Shown: positions 1 through 7,848 of the stretch, piece after piece | How the letters are laid out: the number at the start of each line of letters is the position of its first letter | How positions within the stretch are numbered: the stretch's first letter is position 1 | IMG/VR virus record: IMGVR_UViG_3300043432_000047 | Span: 1-28,719 of that record | Length of the DNA stretch: 28,719 nucleotides | Reading direction: 5' to 3' (one strand) | Source: a virus | Lineage: Duplodnaviria > Caudoviricetes | Made by a program: the position numbers and the translations under genes | Notes under the pieces: generated by a model | Seen by the model: only the letters and a program-made list of their open reading frames with translations | What the model was told of the DNA's origin: nothing | Databases searched by the model: none

Positions 1-1
1 G

Positions 2-601
2 CTCGCCGTTACGGGTACGTCCGCGACCACGAACGCGAACGATACCTCCGCGGCCACCGGCACCGTAACCGCCGCGGGCGCCGTTACGGGTACGTCCGCG
101 ACCACGAACGCGAACGATACCGCGACCGCGAGCGGGACGTACACACCGCTCGCCGTTACGGGTACGTCCGCGACTACGAACGCGAACGATACCGCGACCG
201 CGAGCGGGACGTACACACCCCCCGTAGTTACCGGCACGTCCGCGACCACGAACGCGAACGACGCGGCTTCGGCTACCGGGGCCGAGACGTTCATCGGCAC
301 GTCCGCGACTACGAACGCGAACGACCCCGCTTCGGCCGCCGGAGCAGTTTCACCCCCCGCCGTTACGGGTACGTCCGCGACTACGAACGCGAACGACGCC
401 GCGACCGCGACCGCCGTCGAGTCATTCATTGGCGCGTCCGCGACTACGAACGCGAACGACACCTCGATCGCCAATGACTTCCTACCGGGCGGCCCCAACG
501 AGGCCGTCGTGGGGCCGACGCGGGTATGGGTCGTCACGCCCGAAGCCCGCCACGGTGTAGTCGTGGGGCCGCGCCATACTGCTATAATCCTCGAAGGGTA
601 A
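2..601 (+). CDS. 5'-truncated Thr/Ala/Asn-rich repeat protein, probably virion-associated (fibre or decoration)
   Basis: Not in the ORF track (no start in window). Frame 2 is open from base 2 to TAA 599-601 and reads LAVTGTSATTNANDTSAATGT...GPRHTAIILEG*. It lies directly upstream of the head-tail genes. Confidence 0.8.
   Translation, partial: LAVTGTSATTNANDTSAATGTVTAAGAVTGTSATTNANDTATASGTYTPLAVTGTSATTNANDTATASGTYTPPVVTGTSATTNANDAASATGAETFIGTSATTNANDPASAAGAVSPPAVTGTSATTNANDAATATAVESFIGASATTNANDTSIANDFLPGGPNEAVVGPTRVWVVTPEARHGVVVGPRHTAIILEG
14..460 (+). repeat. Seven imperfect in-frame tandem repeats encoding G(T/A)SATTNAND
   Basis: Copies start at 14, 89, 161, 233, 296, 368 and 431. Spacings of 75/72/72/63/72/63 nt are all multiples of 3. 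Confidence 0.95.
580..588 (+). promoter_or_regulatory. Candidate extended -10 promoter (TGcTATAAT)
   Basis: Perfect TGnTATAAT in GC-rich DNA, ending 17 nt upstream of ATG 606. Confidence 0.5.
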
Positions 602-605
602 CCAA

Positions 606-911
606 ATGTCGATTTTGATGTTCTCCGAAAAAGACCCGACCGAAGCCATCACCTACGCGGTCGATTTCGTCAAGCTTCTTGACGGAGCTACCCTGTCAGC
701 GGCCAGCGTCACGCTAACCGTTTCCGAAGGAACGGACGCGAGCGCGGCCTCCATGGTATTTGGGGCGCCCTCCGTATCTAGCATCACCTTCGTCAAACAA
801 CGCATCGGCTCGGGTGTGGATGGGGTTACCTACCGCATCAATTTCAACGCCCTTACGTCAACCGGGGATACCGTGGTCGCGGCAGTATATCTACCCGTCA
901 ATACCCAATAG
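606..911 (+). CDS. Small virion structural protein, fibre-tail-adaptor-like
   Basis: N-terminal KDPxExxxYxxD motif and C-terminal GxxGxxYxI pattern typical of this small Ig-like phage family. Follows the repeat protein. Confidence 0.65.
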   Translation: MSILMFSEKDPTEAITYAVDFVKLLDGATLSAASVTLTVSEGTDASAASMVFGAPSVSSITFVKQRIGSGVDGVTYRINFNALTSTGDTVVAAVYLPVNTQ

Positions 912-920
912 GCGCCAAGA

Positions 921-1400
921 ATGACGTTCACCTACAACAACGCCAACCTATCGACTTCGGCCAAAAACCGGGTACGTCTCCTTATTGGCGATACCGACGG
1001 CACTCGGCAGCAACTTCAAGACGAGGAAATTAACTACGTCCTGACCCAGCAAACGGCCGTGACCCTAGCCGCCGCGGCGTGTTGTGACATTCTGGCCGCC
1101 AAGTACGCCTTCCTCGTCAACACCGAGAACGGCTCCCTCCGTGTCTCCGCCGCCGCCCGGCACAAGCACTACCTCGATCTAGCGGATCGTTTGCGGGCCG
1201 GTGGGGCCGGGGATGTTCCGGGCGACTCGACCGTCCACGACGCCCGCATCTACGTCGGCGGTACGTCGCAGGCCACGAAGGATACGATTATGCGCGACAC
1301 GGACGCCGTAGTGGCGCCGTTCCGCGTCGGTCAGGACGACCACCTCGCCGTAGATATTCGCCGTCGCGGTGGAAACCGCGACGAACGCGGCGGTGACTGA
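921..1400 (+). CDS. Head-tail adaptor/connector protein
   Basis: RVRLLIGDTD...LQDEEI motif typical of siphovirus adaptors. First gene of the head-tail joining cluster. Confidence 0.75.
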   Translation: MTFTYNNANLSTSAKNRVRLLIGDTDGTRQQLQDEEINYVLTQQTAVTLAAAACCDILAAKYAFLVNTENGSLRVSAAARHKHYLDLADRLRAGGAGDVPGDSTVHDARIYVGGTSQATKDTIMRDTDAVVAPFRVGQDDHLAVDIRRRGGNRDERGGD

Positions 1401-1498
1401 CGAATGGGCCTAGATCCGCAACTCCGAATGCAGTTGAATCAGATCATCACCTTCGCGGTTTCCACCGCGACGGCGAATATCTACGGCGAGGTGGTCGT
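1336..1498. repeat. Perfect 46-bp inverted repeat (arms 1336-1381 and 1453-1498, 71-bp spacer)
   Basis: ACGACCACCTCGCCGTAGATATTCGCCGTCGCGGTGGAAACCGCGA is the exact reverse complement of 1453-1498. The peptide DHLAVDIRRRGGNR therefore appears in both a + and a - ORF. Confidence 0.95.
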
Positions 1499-1751
1499 GG
1501 GTAGTACCGCCACGGCCTATTGCCGCCGCGAGGCGCGTACCCGTAGTGTCGAGCGGGCGGACGGGACCTTCCAAGTGACGCGGACGCCGTTGATCATTCT
1601 GGACGCGGACGCCGGTACGCCCACCTTCGAGACTCGGTATTGGCTGCCTGGGGTAAGTACCGCGACCGCCGCCAACGCCCAGCACCCGAAATATATCGAG
1701 TGCTGCATCGACGCCGAAGGCGCGGTCGAGCATTGGGAATTGGAGTTTTAA
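1404..1751 (+). CDS. Head-closure (stopper) protein
   Basis: 115 aa beta-rich protein with a YG motif near the N-terminus and HWELEF at the end. Lies between the adaptor and neck genes. Confidence 0.6.
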   Translation: MGLDPQLRMQLNQIITFAVSTATANIYGEVVVGSTATAYCRREARTRSVERADGTFQVTRTPLIILDADAGTPTFETRYWLPGVSTATAANAQHPKYIECCIDAEGAVEHWELEF

Positions 1752-1752
1752 C

Positions 1753-2214
1753 GTGATCAAGGTCAAGAAACTCCAAGGCGAAAAGGGCTGGGGCCGGCTA
1801 CAGGTTGACCTGCGCCGATACCCCAAGCAGGCCGGTATCGCGGTCGCGTTCGCCTCCTACGAGGCGATGCAGCCCGTCATGGAGGACGCCAAGAACCGCG
1901 CCCCCAAGGACACGACCGCGATGGCCAAATCCGGCTACGTCGCCAAGCCCCAAATGTTCTCTGGCGGCGGTACTCGCGTCGAGGGCGGTTTCGGCGGAGA
2001 CTCCGAGCAATACGTCGTCCGGCAGCACGAGGACACGGCTTTGAACCACCCCAACGGCGGCGAGGCCAAGTTCCTGCAAAACGCCCTAGACGCTGGGGAG
2101 GCTGGTATCCGCGCCACGATCGCTAAGTGGCTCAAGGTGTTCCTGACGACCGGAAAGCTCCTGCCGTTCCCGCAAAAGCGCGTGCCTGAGAGCCCGTGGG
2201 AGGATCGCGTCTAA
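1753..2214 (+). CDS. HK97 gp10-like neck/tail-completion protein
   Basis: AKNRAPKDT, YVVRQHE and GEAKFLQNAL motifs. GTG start. Synteny. Confidence 0.75.
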   Translation: MIKVKKLQGEKGWGRLQVDLRRYPKQAGIAVAFASYEAMQPVMEDAKNRAPKDTTAMAKSGYVAKPQMFSGGGTRVEGGFGGDSEQYVVRQHEDTALNHPNGGEAKFLQNALDAGEAGIRATIAKWLKVFLTTGKLLPFPQKRVPESPWEDRV

Positions 2215-2612
2215 TGCCCGTAGCCGAGGACGTGCGCCTACACCTGAATACGTTGAGCATGGGGGTGCCGGTTTATGTCGGCCCCGCCCGTCCCGCCAAC
2301 CCCCCCGCGATTCCGGCCGCGTCCGTGTTCGTAATGGAAACCGGCGGGCCGCCCCCCACACCGTTCATGGACGGCTCTACGACCGCTTACCGCCGGGTCC
2401 GGGTCCAGATCCGGGTCCGGGGCGAACCCGATTCCTGGGCCACTACACGCAACCGAGCGAATACCATTTGGAGCGCCATGCAGCAAACCACCGCGATCAC
2501 CGGGTCCTACGTCCGTGTAACCAACGATCAGGCCGCCCCGCTCTACCTCGGATTGGACTCTTTTCAGTGTCCCGAATTCACGGTGAATACTACGTTGGAG
2601 CGGGAGTTCTAG
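2214..2612 (+). CDS. Tail terminator (tail-to-head joining) protein
   Basis: TGG...VQIRVRG...LGLD...EFTVN pattern. The start is more likely ATG 2214 (TAATG overlap) than 2196. Immediately precedes the tail tube gene. Confidence 0.7.
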   Translation: MPVAEDVRLHLNTLSMGVPVYVGPARPANPPAIPAASVFVMETGGPPPTPFMDGSTTAYRRVRVQIRVRGEPDSWATTRNRANTIWSAMQQTTAITGSYVRVTNDQAAPLYLGLDSFQCPEFTVNTTLEREF

Positions 2613-2626
2613 CCGCCCCGTAACCG

Positions 2627-2635
2627 TGGTAAACT
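2627..2635 (+). promoter_or_regulatory. Candidate extended -10 promoter (TGgTAAACT) for the tail tube gene
   Basis: Lies in the only sizeable intergenic gap of the late arm (2613-2676). AAGGA precedes ATG 2677. Confidence 0.4.
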
Positions 2636-2676
2636 AGGGACCTAGCCCCCACCTTTGGCGGGCGAAGGATTTTCTC

Positions 2677-3099
2677 ATGGCTGTTGCCGGATACTCCCTC
2701 CTCGTTACTTGTGCTACGGGCATTTCTGCGACCTACTCCGCGATGGATGGGATCAAGGACTTCACTCTGTCGGATAAGGACGACCTGCTGGACACGACCG
2801 ACTTTGTGGGCGCCAACGCCTCGCGCACCCGCTCCCGCCTCGTCGGCCTTCGGGACGCGACCCTGAGCCTCTCTGGCGACCTGGAATTTAGCGACACGGG
2901 TTTTGCGAACTGCCGCGCTGCGAAGCGATCGGGCTCGGCTTCGGCTGCCTTCCAAGTTTGGTTCAATACCGGCACATCGTCGGCCGGTTTCGCCCTGGTG
3001 GCGGTCGTAGAGAGCATCGAGTTCAATGGCAACGTAGAGGGCAAGGCCGAGGTTAAGATCAACGCCTCCGTCAACGGCGTCGTCGACGATCCGATGTAA
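2677..3099 (+). CDS. Major tail tube protein
   Basis: 140 aa with D-L-LDTT, GLRDATLSLSG and VESIEFNGNVEG motifs of siphovirus tube proteins. Canonical position. Confidence 0.8.
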   Translation: MAVAGYSLLVTCATGISATYSAMDGIKDFTLSDKDDLLDTTDFVGANASRTRSRLVGLRDATLSLSGDLEFSDTGFANCRAAKRSGSASAAFQVWFNTGTSSAGFALVAVVESIEFNGNVEGKAEVKINASVNGVVDDPM

Positions 3100-3115
3100 T
3101 CTAGTGGGGTAGTCA

Positions 3116-3790
3116 GTGGCACAACCCGGATATTCCCTCCTGGTTCGTAAGGGTGGCCGGCCGGTAGCAACTACCGGCGAGGCCACGACGAACACAACCG
3201 GGAACACTTACCGAATCTCGTCCGTGGCGCGTCGGGTATTGGACCCGGCTACGTCTTGGAGTGTTCAGGACGGCGCTGCCACGCTCGCCTACACGGCCAT
3301 CACTTCCGTGGATTTCCTGTCGGGGGACATTACGCTAGCGAGCGCGCCCGGCGGCGCCGTGACGTTCAACGGGAGCTTCATCCCCATCACGACGGCCACG
3401 GACACGCTTTTCGAGTGCCGGGATTTCACACTGACAGATAGCGCCGACCTGCTCGACACCACGGTCTTTACCGGCACCGTGAACCGGACCCGCAGGCGCA
3501 TCCAGGGCCTCAACGACGTGGAGTTGTCCGCGGAGTCGTTGATGGACCGGACGCAGATGGCGTACTTGTCGACGGTCAAGTTCCGTGGCGATAACGTCGT
3601 GACCGAGGTCTACTTCGGGGACGAAGGGTTGCCCCGCTTCCGTGGGTTCTGCAAGGTGGAATCTATTGAGTCCTCGGGCAACGTAGAGGGTTTGCTTTCG
3701 ACCAGTATTGTGTTTAAGATGGCAACAGTCCACGACACCGTGGCGAACCAAGTAGCCTCTTACACCTATACGGTACAACCCAATGTCTAG
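3116..3790 (+). CDS. Second tail-tube-like protein with an inserted domain of about 75-80 aa
   Basis: Paralog of 2677-3099: DFTLTDSADLLDTTVFTG vs DFTLSDKDDLLDTTDFVG, RTRRRIQGLND vs RTRSRLVGLRD, VESIESSGNVEG vs VESIEFNGNVEG. GTG start. Confidence 0.75.
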   Translation: MAQPGYSLLVRKGGRPVATTGEATTNTTGNTYRISSVARRVLDPATSWSVQDGAATLAYTAITSVDFLSGDITLASAPGGAVTFNGSFIPITTATDTLFECRDFTLTDSADLLDTTVFTGTVNRTRRRIQGLNDVELSAESLMDRTQMAYLSTVKFRGDNVVTEVYFGDEGLPRFRGFCKVESIESSGNVEGLLSTSIVFKMATVHDTVANQVASYTYTVQPNV

Positions 3791-4169
3791 TTCGATTCGT
3801 AACCGCCTCCTCAAGAACAACCTTTTCGCTGAGAAGGTTGTCTCGATCAAGGTTCCGTCCGAGACGCCTGGGGAGCCCTCCGAGACGCTTCAGGTACTCC
3901 TCAGGCAGCCCACGGTCGGCCAGCGCAGCGAGATCATGACCCAGATGAAGGTCGGGCGCGACGGCGACCTCCGCAGCGGCGATGGGCTCTCTCGGGGCCT
4001 GGGCCTCGCCATCATTTTCTGCGCGCTCGACCCCGGTACGCGGGCGCCCATCTTCGAGATTTCGGATCTCGACACGCTTGTCGGCCAGCCCGCCGGATCG
4101 TGGTTCGATGAGTTGGCTACCGAGGCGATGGGCCTCATGTCTGAGGCCGCGGAAGCGGCAAAAAAGTAA
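3783..4169 (+). CDS. Tail assembly chaperone (gpG-like)
   Basis: Lies between the tube and tape measure genes and ends in GCA AAA AAG TAA. Confidence 0.85.
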   Translation: MSSSIRNRLLKNNLFAEKVVSIKVPSETPGEPSETLQVLLRQPTVGQRSEIMTQMKVGRDGDLRSGDGLSRGLGLAIIFCALDPGTRAPIFEISDLDTLVGQPAGSWFDELATEAMGLMSEAAEAAKK

Positions 4170-4207
4170 GTAGCGATACGGAGTTGCAAGCTCAATACCG
4201 TATCGCT
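4160..4207 (+). promoter_or_regulatory. Programmed -1 ribosomal frameshift signal: A_AAA_AAG plus downstream hairpin
   Basis: Slippery heptamer at 4160-4166, 5-nt spacer, then a perfect 10-bp stem AGCGATACGG (4172-4181) / CCGTATCGCT (4198-4207). Confidence 0.85.
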
Positions 4208-4345
4208 CAAGAGTTGGGCGTGACGCTGGACGTGGTACGATCTATGTCGATCGTAGAATTCCACGGCTGGGTCGAATACCTCAATTTCCAAAACAAGCAG
4301 GAGAAGAAGGCGTTCGACAAGGCTCGCGGTAAGAGGCGTCGGTAA
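4163..4345 (+). CDS. gpT-like -1 frame extension of the tail assembly chaperone (G-T fusion)
   Basis: The -1 frame reads KVSSDTELQAQYRIAQELGVTLDVVRSMSIVEFHGWVEYLNFQNKQEKKAFDKARGKRRR* with the typical IAxELGxT...MSxxEFxxW motif. Its TAA overlaps the tape measure ATG. Confidence 0.85.
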   Translation, partial: KVSSDTELQAQYRIAQELGVTLDVVRSMSIVEFHGWVEYLNFQNKQEKKAFDKARGKRRR

Positions 4346-6990
4346 TGACCGTCCTAGACACCCTAAAAGTTGTCATTGAGGGCGACGCTTCTGGGGCGCA
4401 GCAATCCTTTTTCCGTGCCGCGAAGGCCCTTCAGAAGCTCGAAAACCAAATCGACGCTTTCGACCGAGCACTCGCGGGGGACCGGAAGGCCGTCGAGGCG
4501 ACCGTCTCCGCCCATCAAAAGCTGGCGAACGCCGTCGAGGAGGGCGGTAAGACCCGCGACAAAGGCGCTGCCGGTTGGGCGAAAGAGATCGCCATTTTCC
4601 AGCGTTACCGCGCGGCGTTGTACCTCGTGGGCGAGGGGTTTCGGCAGGTCTATCAGATCGCCGAGGACGGCGCACGCGCTGGGGCCGCCGAGCAATACTT
4701 CCGCAATGCCGGGAAGTCACTACAAGAGTTCCGAACAGCCACGAAGGGGTTGATCTCCGACGCGGATTTGATAAAGAAGGCCAACCTCGCGGATACGATG
4801 GGGCTGTCAGGCGAGACGTTCAAGACCCTCGCCAACATCGCGCACGCCTCGGCAGCCAAGACTGGTCAGTCGTTCGAGCACATGCTCGACTCGATCATCC
4901 TCGGCACGGCGCGCGAGTCGCGGTTGCTGTTGGATAACCTCGGCATCATCGTCAACGTCACGAAGGCGAAGCAAAACTACGCCAAGGAACTGAAGAATGG
5001 AGCCGATGCAGCGAAGTATTCCGCGTTGAGCGTCGACCAGTTGGCCGCGTCGTTGACCGACGCTGCGGAGAAAACCGCGTTCTTCGAGGAGGTTCAACGC
5101 TCCGGGCAGGGTTCACTCCTCGAACAAGCAACCGTTGGCGCGACCGCCGCCGACAACTTCGATAGGTTCGGGGCGTCCGTAGATAACCTAAAGACGTCTA
5201 TCGGTAAATTGATTGCGGAGGGTAGTGAATCTGCATTGGCGAAGATGGCGACCGCGATTGGCGGGATCGCGGACGAATTGGAGCGCATCGGGCGTGTAGG
5301 GATGGTGCGCGAGGGGGGGTTCGTCGACATCGTGCGGAACGCCGCTACGGGTATCTATGACGCGGGTCGCGCCGGAGCGGCGGTTGATCCGTTCGCCGTG
5401 GCCGGTGCAGGCGTGGGTTTGGCTGCGGCCCCCATGCTGCTGCCGTTTGCTGGGACGGCGGCGCTGGCCGGTCTAGCTGGAACGGACCTGGCTGGTGGAG
5501 CGGGGGCGATTGAAAACGATCTAATGCTCCAATTCGACGTGTTGGCGGAGAAGGCCGCTGACGCTGGCATCGCATTCGATGAGATCCCAGACCTGGCAAA
5601 GATCGTAGAAGATTTCCCCGACGACGCCGTTCATCAGTTTGGTGAGGAGTTGGTTTGGGTTATCGGGGAAATGAAGAAAACGGGCGATCAACTCGGAATC
5701 AATTGGGCAAAGAAAGCCGGGAAGCCCGGTGCCGATGGTGGGCCGGTTGACCCAGAGAAGTTGAAAGCGGCTCAGGAGGCGGCAGCGGAGAAGGCCAAGA
5801 AAGCCCGCAAGGATGCCGAGGAGGCCGCGCGTAAACACCAAGAACTGGTTCTCAAGTATGAGAAGGAGTTTTTCGATAAGGAAATGGAACTCCGCAAGAA
5901 GGCCGCGGAACAATCCTACGAACTAATCCGGCGTCTATCACAAACCCCCGAAATGGCCCATGCCGCCCGCATGGCCCGCGCTACCGAAATGGGGATGGGC
6001 ACAGGCGACTACGCCCAACGCGCCGCCGACGAAGCGGATCGCCGAGCCATCGCGGATAAGAAAACCGCGGACGCCGTCGCCGGAGTCGAGCAGGCTGGCG
6101 GCATGTTCAAGGCCGCCATGTCGGGCTCGGCAGAGGCGCTCGGCACCGCTATCGGCGGGTTGTTCGGTCCGCTCGGCGTCGCCATCGGCGGGCTTATCGG
6201 CGGGCTCCTAGAGCCACTCCAACCCGTCATCGAACTACTCGGCGACCTCGCGTCAGGTATCGTAGGTCTGCTGGAATTGGGCCTTAATCCGTTCCTGCGG
6301 ACATTGCAGCCGCTCGGGCCGGCTTTGGAATTGCTCCTGCGAGCGGTTGGTGTATTGATCGCGGGTGCCCTGCGGCCACTGATTCCGTACATGCAGGGGC
6401 TCGTATTCGTCGTGGCCGCCGCAATCGACATTATTGCCTATGTGCTCGTGTTCTTGGCAGCCGTCGCAGAACTAGCGGTTAAACTAACTTCGTCGTTTAT
6501 GCTGCTTTTCAATGTCATCTGGAACATCGTAGCTATGTTCGTGGGGCTCGGCGGTGGAGATATTCCCGATTTCATGGAGGCCATGAAGAACGCCACCTAT
6601 TGGATCAGTGTGTTCACGGATGGTGTAATCAACGCTACAGTAGATATGAATAACGGAATTGTTCGTTTCCTTCGCGGGCTGGGCCGATCTCTAGGAGACC
6701 TCGACGTATTCGACCTGTCCCACTTCGGCGACCTGATCTCCCGATCGGATCTTGCCCCGCCAGACACGGAGCCAATCGCGAACAACACCGACGCCACCGA
6801 CCGCAACACACAGGCCGTGGAGCAGCTTTCCCGCGATCTCCGTAACCTGCCCTCGGGGTACAAGGTAAACTACGCCCTCTACGGAGCAACCGCGCCGACT
6901 CGACAATACCTCGCTATAAGTGATAGTGTGGGTGCTGCTTGGAACTCTCGTTTCGGCGGCAACCCACCGAACTATCGGTGGAGGACTTAA
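4345..6990 (+). CDS. Tape measure protein (881 aa)
   Basis: LKVVIEGDASG start, Ala/Gly-rich helical composition, coiled-coil stretch and hydrophobic C-terminal segments. Follows the G/GT chaperone. Confidence 0.9.
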   Translation: MTVLDTLKVVIEGDASGAQQSFFRAAKALQKLENQIDAFDRALAGDRKAVEATVSAHQKLANAVEEGGKTRDKGAAGWAKEIAIFQRYRAALYLVGEGFRQVYQIAEDGARAGAAEQYFRNAGKSLQEFRTATKGLISDADLIKKANLADTMGLSGETFKTLANIAHASAAKTGQSFEHMLDSIILGTARESRLLLDNLGIIVNVTKAKQNYAKELKNGADAAKYSALSVDQLAASLTDAAEKTAFFEEVQRSGQGSLLEQATVGATAADNFDRFGASVDNLKTSIGKLIAEGSESALAKMATAIGGIADELERIGRVGMVREGGFVDIVRNAATGIYDAGRAGAAVDPFAVAGAGVGLAAAPMLLPFAGTAALAGLAGTDLAGGAGAIENDLMLQFDVLAEKAADAGIAFDEIPDLAKIVEDFPDDAVHQFGEELVWVIGEMKKTGDQLGINWAKKAGKPGADGGPVDPEKLKAAQEAAAEKAKKARKDAEEAARKHQELVLKYEKEFFDKEMELRKKAAEQSYELIRRLSQTPEMAHAARMARATEMGMGTGDYAQRAADEADRRAIADKKTADAVAGVEQAGGMFKAAMSGSAEALGTAIGGLFGPLGVAIGGLIGGLLEPLQPVIELLGDLASGIVGLLELGLNPFLRTLQPLGPALELLLRAVGVLIAGALRPLIPYMQGLVFVVAAAIDIIAYVLVFLAAVAELAVKLTSSFMLLFNVIWNIVAMFVGLGGGDIPDFMEAMKNATYWISVFTDGVINATVDMNNGIVRFLRGLGRSLGDLDVFDLSHFGDLISRSDLAPPDTEPIANNTDATDRNTQAVEQLSRDLRNLPSGYKVNYALYGATAPTRQYLAISDSVGAAWNSRFGGNPPNYRWRT

Positions 6991-6993
6991 CCC

Positions 6994-7848
6994 ATGTCGG
7001 TGGAAATCGACGGCTATGATGTGGCCCCACTTGTGAACGGCGCAGGCGTAACCCACACCAACATCGAGGCTTTCGAGCGCGCCGCCAACGGTGGGTGGGA
7101 AGGAACCATCTTCGCGCGGAAGCAGCAATGGTCCTTCCGCCTGGCGCCCACCATGACCGACAACGAGAACCGCGCGCTGCGTGGGTGGGTGACCGGTCAG
7201 CATTGGTCTTGGAACTTTGACCGCGTGGATGGGGCCACTACACGCTTCAACCGCTTCGAGGATGCCGGGGGGATCGGGTGGGTCGCCGGAACGGGCTTCT
7301 ATTCCAGTTCGTCCACAGCCAAGTTCGGGTCGTGGGGGTTTTCGCCGTCCTCGGCCGCCTACTCGGTCGTCACGCTAGACTTCAACGCTGCCGCCGGTTT
7401 CAGTTGGGGCGCTTGGAAGCACACCGCCGCCGGCTATAAGTGGTGCGTGCACACCTGGGATACCGCGACGCACTTCTTCTCTGTGGACGGAAGCGCCAAC
7501 GCCACGTCGGCGTTCGCCTGGTCTAACGCCCCCACGGGGGCGGCCTCCGCGCCGTTTTACCTCCGGCTCTACGGTCAAACGGACACGGGCGCGTCCTCCA
7601 CCACGGCCGTCTACGACGGCGTTGTCGTGTGCCCCTACGCCTGGACGAACGGCCAAATCGACGCCCTGTCCGCGCGGACCTACCCCATTCCGTTCGCCCC
7701 CTACGTCGAATTCGATGGTGGGTTGAATGATGCCGGGCAACCAATCGTGGTAAAAGGAACCGTGGAGGACGAGGACATTCAGGAGGTGGCCTATGAGGGC
7801 GGAACGACCGCTTCTAGGTGGCTCCGAATCAGCCTCACTCAACGGTAA
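6994..7848 (+). CDS. Distal tail (Dit-like) protein with an inserted LamG/concanavalin-like domain
   Basis: First gene after the tape measure. Central AKFG...HTWD...SVDG...YDGVVV...WTNGQI pattern is LamG-like. Confidence 0.6.
   Translation: MSVEIDGYDVAPLVNGAGVTHTNIEAFERAANGGWEGTIFARKQQWSFRLAPTMTDNENRALRGWVTGQHWSWNFDRVDGATTRFNRFEDAGGIGWVAGTGFYSSSSTAKFGSWGFSPSSAAYSVVTLDFNAAAGFSWGAWKHTAAGYKWCVHTWDTATHFFSVDGSANATSAFAWSNAPTGAASAPFYLRLYGQTDTGASSTTAVYDGVVVCPYAWTNGQIDALSARTYPIPFAPYVEFDGGLNDAGQPIVVKGTVEDEDIQEVAYEGGTTASRWLRISLTQR

Noticed and set aside
14-460. Regularly spaced ~30-bp repeats resembling a CRISPR array, with a Cas4-like gene in the window
   Set aside because: Spacings are multiples of 3, variation falls at synonymous positions, and the spacers resemble each other within one open frame. 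This is a protein repeat. Solo Cas4-like nucleases are common in phages and no other cas genes are present.
1410-1826. 138-aa minus-strand ORF sharing a peptide with the adaptor C-terminus
   Set aside because: The shared peptide is a by-product of the 46-bp inverted repeat, and the ORF is antisense to well-supported structural genes.
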